Positions 35,558 to 43,447 of a stretch of DNA of 43,447 bases are shown here, piece after piece. The stretch is from an uncultured bacterium (GTDB lineage: Bacteria; Pseudomonadota; Gammaproteobacteria; Pseudomonadales; Porticoccaceae). The position numbers and the translations under genes are program-made. Under the pieces are notes generated by a model, which was not told the DNA's origin, searched no databases, and saw nothing but the letters and a program-made list of their open reading frames with translations. The stretch lies in the NCBI GenBank assembly GCA_965232975.1, contig CBDDRG010000307.1, positions 1 to 43,447 of the forward strand. Direction: 5' to 3'. The stretch's first letter is position 1. Each line of letters begins with the position of its first letter.

Positions 35558-36964
35558 ATGGACACCAACCATTCGGGGTTGTGGGCGCGCTGTTGTGATC
35601 AACTGCGGGGCGAGTTGCCGCTGCAACAATTCAGCACCTGGATTCAGCCGCTACAGGCTGAGAGCCTCAGCAATGGGCTCCTGCGTCTGTGTGCGCCTAA
35701 TCGCTTTGTGCAGAATTGGGTGACCGAGAAATACCTGGCCCGAATCCGTGAGCTATGCCTTGAGCTTGCCGGCAGCACCACGCACATCGAGATCGCGGCA
35801 AACGCGCCGGCGTCGCTCGCGACCGCTCCAATCGGGGGCGCGAGTACGCAGGGCCTTGCTCCAGACCAGGGGCAAACGCGCAGCACCCGGCGAGAGCCAG
35901 CCGAGTCATCGCCAACGGAGCTGGCCAACGAGGGCATCAATTACAAGGACAGCCTCAACAAAGCGTTTCTGTTTGATCTGTTTGTCGAGGGCAAATCCAA
36001 TCAGATGGCGCTGGCGGCCGCCCGACAGGTCGCCCAAAACCCGGGCGGATCCTATAACCCATTATTTATCTACGGTGGTGTCGGCCTCGGTAAAACTCAC
36101 TTGATGCACGCCGTTGGCAATGCGCTGCGTGCACGCAAGCCGGATGCCAGGATCATTTATTTGCATTCCGAGCGCTTTGTCGCCGACATGGTCAAGGCCC
36201 TGCAATTGAATGCCATCAATGAATTCAAGCGCTTTTACCGCACCGTCGATGCGCTGTTGATCGACGACATCCAGTTTTTTGCCAAAAAGGAGCGCTCCCA
36301 AGAAGAGTTTTTCCACACCTTCAATGCGTTGCTCGAAGGCGGTCAGCAGATGATCCTGACCAGTGACCGCTACCCGAAGGAGATCGACGGCGTTGAAGAG
36401 CGCCTGCGCTCCCGCTTTGGCTGGGGTTTGACGGTGGCGGTCGAGCCGCCGGAGCTGGAAACCCGGGTTGCGATATTGATTCGGAAGGCGCAGCAGGCAA
36501 ATGTGCAGCTCAGTCATGAAGCGGCGTTTTTCATCGGCCAGCGGATTCGCTCCAATGTTCGCGAGCTCGAAGGCGCCTTGAAAAGGGTTATTGCCAGCGC
36601 CCACTTCACCGGGCGTCAAATCGACATCGACATGATCCGCGAATCGCTGAAGGACTTGTTGGCGCTGCAGGACAGGCTGGTCACCATCGATAACATTCAG
36701 CGTACAGTCGCCGAGCACTACAAAATCAAGATGTCCGACATGGTGTCCAAGCGGCGCAGTCGATCCGTGGCGCGTCCACGCCAGGTGGCCATGGCGCTCG
36801 CCAAAGAACTCACCAATCGCAGTCTGCCCGAGATTGGTGATGCCTTTGGCGGCCGCGATCACACCACCGTGCTGCACGCCTGCCGCAAGGTTAAGGAGCT
36901 CAGGGACAGCAGCAGCGATATCAGTGAGGATATGAAAATCCTGATACGAGCGTTAACCAATTGA
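35558..36964 (+). CDS. dnaA: Chromosomal replication initiator protein DnaA
   Basis: N-terminus [25 protein letters not shown], Walker [19 protein letters not shown], the sensor region, and the C-terminal DNA-binding domain ([16 protein letters not shown]). ATG at 35558. Confidence 0.92.
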   Translation: MDTNHSGLWARCCDQLRGELPLQQFSTWIQPLQAESLSNGLLRLCAPNRFVQNWVTEKYLARIRELCLELAGSTTHIEIAANAPASLATAPIGGASTQGLAPDQGQTRSTRREPAESSPTELANEGINYKDSLNKAFLFDLFVEGKSNQMALAAARQVAQNPGGSYNPLFIYGGVGLGKTHLMHAVGNALRARKPDARIIYLHSERFVADMVKALQLNAINEFKRFYRTVDALLIDDIQFFAKKERSQEEFFHTFNALLEGGQQMILTSDRYPKEIDGVEERLRSRFGWGLTVAVEPPELETRVAILIRKAQQANVQLSHEAAFFIGQRIRSNVRELEGALKRVIASAHFTGRQIDIDMIRESLKDLLALQDRLVTIDNIQRTVAEHYKIKMSDMVSKRRSRSVARPRQVAMALAKELTNRSLPEIGDAFGGRDHTTVLHACRKVKELRDSSSDISEDMKILIRALTN

Positions 36965-37027
36965 CAGCTATACGCCGTAAGTGATCGCTAACTATCGGTG
37001 GTTGGATTCGCCCCCGGAGAGCTAAAA

Positions 37028-38131
37028 ATGAAGTTCAGAATTGATCGCAATGCCCTGTTGAAACCGCTGCAATTGGTGGCCGGTGTCGTCGAGCGTCGCC
37101 AGACCCTGCCAGTGTTGGCCAATGTGCGGGTGGGGCTGCGCGGCGCGCAACTGGAAATGACGGGCACCGATCTTGAAGTAGAAATCGTCGGGCGCGTGAC
37201 GCTGGCGGAAGCGGGACAGGATGGCGACACCACGCTGCCGGCCCGCAAGCTGCTCGATATCTGCCGCTCTCTCCCTGACGACGCGCAGCTAGAAGTCGCC
37301 GTCGATGGCCAGGGTGTCGCACTCATTACCAGCGGGCGCGGCCGCTTCACGCTGGCGACTCTGCCCGCCAGCGATTTTCCGAGTATTGACAATAGTCCTA
37401 GCCTGCTTGAATTCACCACCGCTCAGGCGGTTATCAAGCAGCTGATCGATAGCACGGCCTTCGCCATGGCTCATCAAGACGTTCGCTACTACCTGAACGG
37501 AATGCTGTGGGAGGCCCGTGACGGCAAGCTGCGCGTGGTCGCTACCGACGGCCACCGCCTTGCGATGAGATCGGTAGAGGTACCCTTTACCGCGCCGGAG
37601 CTGGTGCAGGCGATAGTCCCGCGCAAAGGCGTGGTCGAACTGGGGCGCTTGCTCAGCGGTGACGGGGACGTCCAGGTCATTATCGGAAACCACCACCTGC
37701 GCATAGTCGCCGGCGATCTCCAGTTCACGTCAAAGTTGGTGGATGGCGTATACCCGGACTACGACCGCGTGCTACCTAAAGGTGGCAATTGTCTCATGGT
37801 CGGCGGTCGCGAGGAGCTACGGCAGGCCTTTGGGCGCACATCCATTTTATCCAATGAGAAATATCGGGGTGTGCGGTTGATGTTAACGCACGAAAACCTG
37901 CGGATAGTGGCGAATAATCCCGAGCACGAGGAGGCGGAAGAGGAGGTGGCCGTCCACTATCGGGGCGATCAGCTCGAAATCGGGTTTAATGTCGGATACA
38001 TCATTGATGTCCTCAACGTGCTGAAAGGGCGGGAAGTCCGGTTTACCCTGGCCGATGCCAACAGTAGCGTGCTGGTCGAGGATTCCATTGACGATTGCTC
38101 GACCTACGTCATTATGCCCATGCGCCTCTAA
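37028..38131 (+). CDS. dnaN: DNA polymerase III beta sliding clamp
   Basis: MKFRIDRNALLKPLQLVAG...RQTLPVLANV...TDLE...YVIMPMRL. 367 aa. Confidence 0.92.
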   Translation: MKFRIDRNALLKPLQLVAGVVERRQTLPVLANVRVGLRGAQLEMTGTDLEVEIVGRVTLAEAGQDGDTTLPARKLLDICRSLPDDAQLEVAVDGQGVALITSGRGRFTLATLPASDFPSIDNSPSLLEFTTAQAVIKQLIDSTAFAMAHQDVRYYLNGMLWEARDGKLRVVATDGHRLAMRSVEVPFTAPELVQAIVPRKGVVELGRLLSGDGDVQVIIGNHHLRIVAGDLQFTSKLVDGVYPDYDRVLPKGGNCLMVGGREELRQAFGRTSILSNEKYRGVRLMLTHENLRIVANNPEHEEAEEEVAVHYRGDQLEIGFNVGYIIDVLNVLKGREVRFTLADANSSVLVEDSIDDCSTYVIMPMRL

Positions 38132-38191
38132 AACCCCCGCCTGATCCGGGGACGCGATAGTCCGATATCCAGCCCATCCTGTCCGCTCTTA

Positions 38192-39337
38192 ATGTACCTG
38201 ACGCGACTGGAAGTCGTAGGGTTGCGCAATTTGGTTGATGCGAGGCTCACCCCATGCGCGGGCATCAATGTGTTTTGCGGCGCCAATGGCAGCGGCAAGA
38301 CAAGTCTGCTGGAAGCTATCTATTTGCTAGGGCGGGGGCGGTCGTTTCGCACCCGGCTGCTAAAGGCGGCGATTAATCACGCCGTGGACACCACAACAGT
38401 GTTTGGCCTGGTGGCGGAAGAGGGGGTGGATGGAGCCGTCGCGGGTGGTGGTCAGCATCAAACGCCCATCGGGGTGCTGCGCAATAAAGCCGGGCAGTTT
38501 CTCTGTAAAGTTAACGGCGAGCCGGTTTACACCGCATCATCCCTGGCCGAGACGCTGCCCCTTTTGTTATTGAACAGCGACAGCTTTCAGCTTTTGGACG
38601 GGGGGCCCCAATACCGTCGTGGGTTTGTCGATTGGGGTGTGTTCCACGTGGAACCTGCCTTTCGGCAATATGCGCGTCAGCTACGTCGCTGTCTTACCCA
38701 CCGAAATTTGCTTCTTCGCCGTGGTAGAATCGACGACGCCGAACTGGATGCTTGGGACGCTGAGCTGGTCAGACTCGCTGGCCGCGTAACCGATCTGCGC
38801 CTCGAATATCTGCGGCGCGCGAGCCCCATTATTGAGCGAGTGCTCAATGAGCTGACCGATGTTCCCTGCCCTACGTTCGATTTCCGCCCCGGCTGGGACG
38901 CGGGCAAGAACCTCGAAGATGTGCTTAAGGCCGACCGGGCCCGAGATCAATTGCTTGGGCAGACCCAGCATGGCCCCCATCGGGCCGATCTTGTCATTCG
39001 CTGCGGTGTCAGCGCAGCGTCAGAGGTGCTTTCCCGTGGCCAGGTTAAGATGCTGATTGCTGCGATGAGCGTTGCGCAGGGCGTCCTGTTTCAGCAATTG
39101 ACGGGAAAACGGTGCATATATTTGCTCGACGACCCGAGTGCCGAGCTCGATCACTTGCACTTAAAAAAGCTGGCGAAGCTGCTAACCAGTTTGGGGACGC
39201 AGGTATTCGTTACTGATACTGCTTGCGCTGGTGCACGTCTGGTGTGGGAGGGGCCGGGCGGATCGAACCAGACGCCGACCCAGTTGTTCCACGTGGAACG
39301 CGGCAAGGTAAGTTCTCTAGGAGCCTGTCGGACTTGA
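38192..39337 (+). CDS. recF: DNA replication and repair protein RecF (last codons supplied by repeat element)
   Basis: Walker A GANGSGKTSLLEA, the SMC-like signature region, and YLLDDPSAELD. The frame runs from LFHVERGKVSS into the MITE TIR (LGACRT) and stops at a TGA inside it. Confidence 0.88.
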   Translation: MYLTRLEVVGLRNLVDARLTPCAGINVFCGANGSGKTSLLEAIYLLGRGRSFRTRLLKAAINHAVDTTTVFGLVAEEGVDGAVAGGGQHQTPIGVLRNKAGQFLCKVNGEPVYTASSLAETLPLLLLNSDSFQLLDGGPQYRRGFVDWGVFHVEPAFRQYARQLRRCLTHRNLLLRRGRIDDAELDAWDAELVRLAGRVTDLRLEYLRRASPIIERVLNELTDVPCPTFDFRPGWDAGKNLEDVLKADRARDQLLGQTQHGPHRADLVIRCGVSAASEVLSRGQVKMLIAAMSVAQGVLFQQLTGKRCIYLLDDPSAELDHLHLKKLAKLLTSLGTQVFVTDTACAGARLVWEGPGGSNQTPTQLFHVERGKVSSLGACRT

Positions 39338-39485
39338 GACTGTCCTACTGCGGAAAAGCCGAATTTGGTCATATTTTGCGCAAATTTTTGTTGAATAATC
39401 CCATTATTCGCCGCAAATTTGCGCAAAATCTGCCTCAAATCGGACTTTCCCTCGCTACGGACGCTCAAGTCGGACAGGCTCCTTG
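39317..39485. mobile_element. MITE-like palindromic repeat, copy B (inverted relative to copy A)
   Basis: 169 bp. Its reverse complement differs from 510-677 at only about 4-5 positions by eye (one indel, a few substitutions, CTAG to CTTG at one end). Confidence 0.7.
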
Positions 39486-39670
39486 CCCTGGCTCCTTTAT
39501 CGTTAAGTGTTGGTCTCTACTAATAATTTCAGATTCCCATTTGGAAATACGTGGTTATTACGAGGAACCGACAAACAGTTATTTCTCAATGAATTCAATA
39601 CGCCGTGTTGTCAGCAACAGCTAACGGTGAAAAAAGCCTTCTCTTTTTAAACCGCCCAAAGCAGGACTGA

Positions 39671-42094
<2,424 letters not shown>

Positions 42095-42305
42095 CCGAGC
42101 CGGCCAGAAGTTTACCTGCCGGCGGTGACTGGCGAGCCGGCGCGGGCGGCATGTTCGCGCTGGCACCGCGCAGACCGTCGCTCGATCACCTGCGCTCATC
42201 GCATCCAATCCCGCTGCGGCGAATGTGTGCGCTTACTTGCGCCGGAACAACCTGACTTATTGCCGTTTGATGGAATTATCGGCACCCCCAGACCCGGCCC
42301 CGCGC

Positions 42306-43019
42306 TCAGAATGCGCGCAACGTGGCTTCAATCCAGTTCTTGGCGTCTTCGGTAAGCTGCTTGCTGTCGGCGCCGGTGGTCGCGATGGGTGGGTGAATGA
42401 CCACGCGCACCGTGCCCGGGTACTTGATGAACTTGCGCGCTGGCCAACAGGTGCCGGCGTTGTGGGCGATCAGCATCAGCGGAGCTTCCGCCGCGACCGC
42501 CAGGGCAGCGCCACTGCGGCCGTAGTTGCCAACCTGACCGACGTCGATACGCGTGCCCTCCGGGAAGATCAGCACATTGTTGCCTTCGCGCAGACGCTGT
42601 TTGCCCTGGATCATCACCTGGCGGATCGCCTCACGGGGATTGCCCCGGTCAATCGCGATCGGGCGGGTCAGTCGCAGCCCCCAGCCGAAGAATGGAATCT
42701 TCAGCAATTCTTTCTTGAGCAGCGTGCTCACCGGGCGCAGCGCGCGCTGCAGGTAAAAAGTCTCCCACGGCGACTGATGTTTACTGAGGGCGACGAAGGG
42801 TGTGGCTGGCAGATACTCGGCGCCCTCGATCCGCCAAGTGACGCCGCAGGTAATTCGCAGCCACCAGATGATGAGCACGTTTGCTGTGGTGAGCAGCGTT
42901 TGCAGCGGGCGATAGGGCATGGCGAAGCCGACGACCAGGCCCAGCGTCGAGATCGCCAGCACCAGGGGCCAATAGCCGAGATAGAACACAAGGGAGCGGA
43001 AACCGTACCAGATTGCCAC
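42306..43019 (-). CDS. plsC: 1-acyl-sn-glycerol-3-phosphate (lysophospholipid) acyltransferase
   Basis: An N-terminal TM segment, an acyltransferase block SKHQSPWETF (HX4D-type motif with E), and IFPEGTR. Its position after gyrB and before gmhB matches the Pseudomonas arrangement as I remember it. Confidence 0.8.
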   Translation of the reverse strand: MAIWYGFRSLVFYLGYWPLVLAISTLGLVVGFAMPYRPLQTLLTTANVLIIWWLRITCGVTWRIEGAEYLPATPFVALSKHQSPWETFYLQRALRPVSTLLKKELLKIPFFGWGLRLTRPIAIDRGNPREAIRQVMIQGKQRLREGNNVLIFPEGTRIDVGQVGNYGRSGAALAVAAEAPLMLIAHNAGTCWPARKFIKYPGTVRVVIHPPIATTGADSKQLTEDAKNWIEATLRAF

Positions 43020-43024
43020 CGGGT

Positions 43025-43447
43025 TCAGCCTCCTGGCGCGAAAATCGAGTGCGTGAGAATGAAGTCCGCGGCTGCCGCGAGATCGTCGAATACCGCGGCG
43101 TTGCGCAGCGGCGCGTCCGTTTGCCCGGCGAGTGCCAGCTCGGCGTCGCGGCCCTTACCGGTGCGCACCAAAAGCGGCACGCAGCCTCTGGCAACACCGG
43201 CTTTGAGGTCGCGCAGACTGTCGCCGATCAGCGGCGCGCCCGCCACCGGAACGCCTAGTTCGGCCGCGATGGCATCGAGCAGACCGGGCGCCGGCTTGCG
43301 GCAACCGCAGCCATCCTCCGGTAGGTGCGGGCAGTAGAAGATGCCATCAATGGTGCCGCCCTCGGCCGCGACCAGGGTTTGCAGCTTGGCGTGCATCGCC
43401 TCCAGTTCGTCGAGTCCAAACAGGCCGCGGGACAGGCCGGACTGGTT
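43025..43447 (-). CDS. gmhB: D-glycero-beta-D-manno-heptose-1,7-bisphosphate 7-phosphatase (5' end outside window)
   Basis: Frame open to the window edge (NQSGLSRGLF...). HAD-IIIA motifs: YCPHLPEDGCGCRKPAPGLL and IGDSLRDL. Confidence 0.85.
   Translation of the reverse strand, partial: NQSGLSRGLFGLDELEAMHAKLQTLVAAEGGTIDGIFYCPHLPEDGCGCRKPAPGLLDAIAAELGVPVAGAPLIGDSLRDLKAGVARGCVPLLVRTGKGRDAELALAGQTDAPLRNAAVFDDLAAAADFILTHSIFAPGG

Overview
GC-rich gammaproteobacterial chromosomal window, judged from gene content and synteny; I cannot name the species. It ends in the replication-initiation neighbourhood: rpmH-rnpA-yidD-yidC-mnmE, then dnaA-dnaN-recF-gyrB, then convergent plsC/lptA-like and gmhB. That last part is the order I remember for Pseudomonas. 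The left end carries housekeeping genes: the pyruvate kinase 3' end, ilvA, cmoB-cmoA and an M16C/PreP-like peptidase. The middle (7.3-24.8 kb) holds plus-strand acyl-CoA/flavin catabolic genes: two translationally coupled acyl-CoA dehydrogenases, an enoyl-CoA hydratase, a third ACAD, three luciferase-like monooxygenases, an alpha/beta-fold protein and a family III CoA-transferase. These are interleaved with minus-strand blocks: a pbpG-like endopeptidase, ureE-ureF, ureB-ureC and a Phd/VapC toxin-antitoxin pair. The urease locus is fragmented. No ureA, ureD or ureG is present in the window. Next to the TA module lies a scar made of a truncated second ureB copy and a kdpE 3' fragment. The 25-31 kb stretch encodes envelope or secreted proteins: a PON-like lipoprotein, a Sel1-repeat protein, a MORN-repeat protein, and YjbH-like and YjbE-like proteins. 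The clearest unannotated feature is a MITE-like palindromic repeat family with three copies in the window. One copy supplies the last codons and the stop of recF. I saw no rRNA, tRNA or CRISPR array. Many long ORFs in the six-frame track are antisense artefacts of the high GC content. All homology statements rest on motif recognition from memory, not on database searches.
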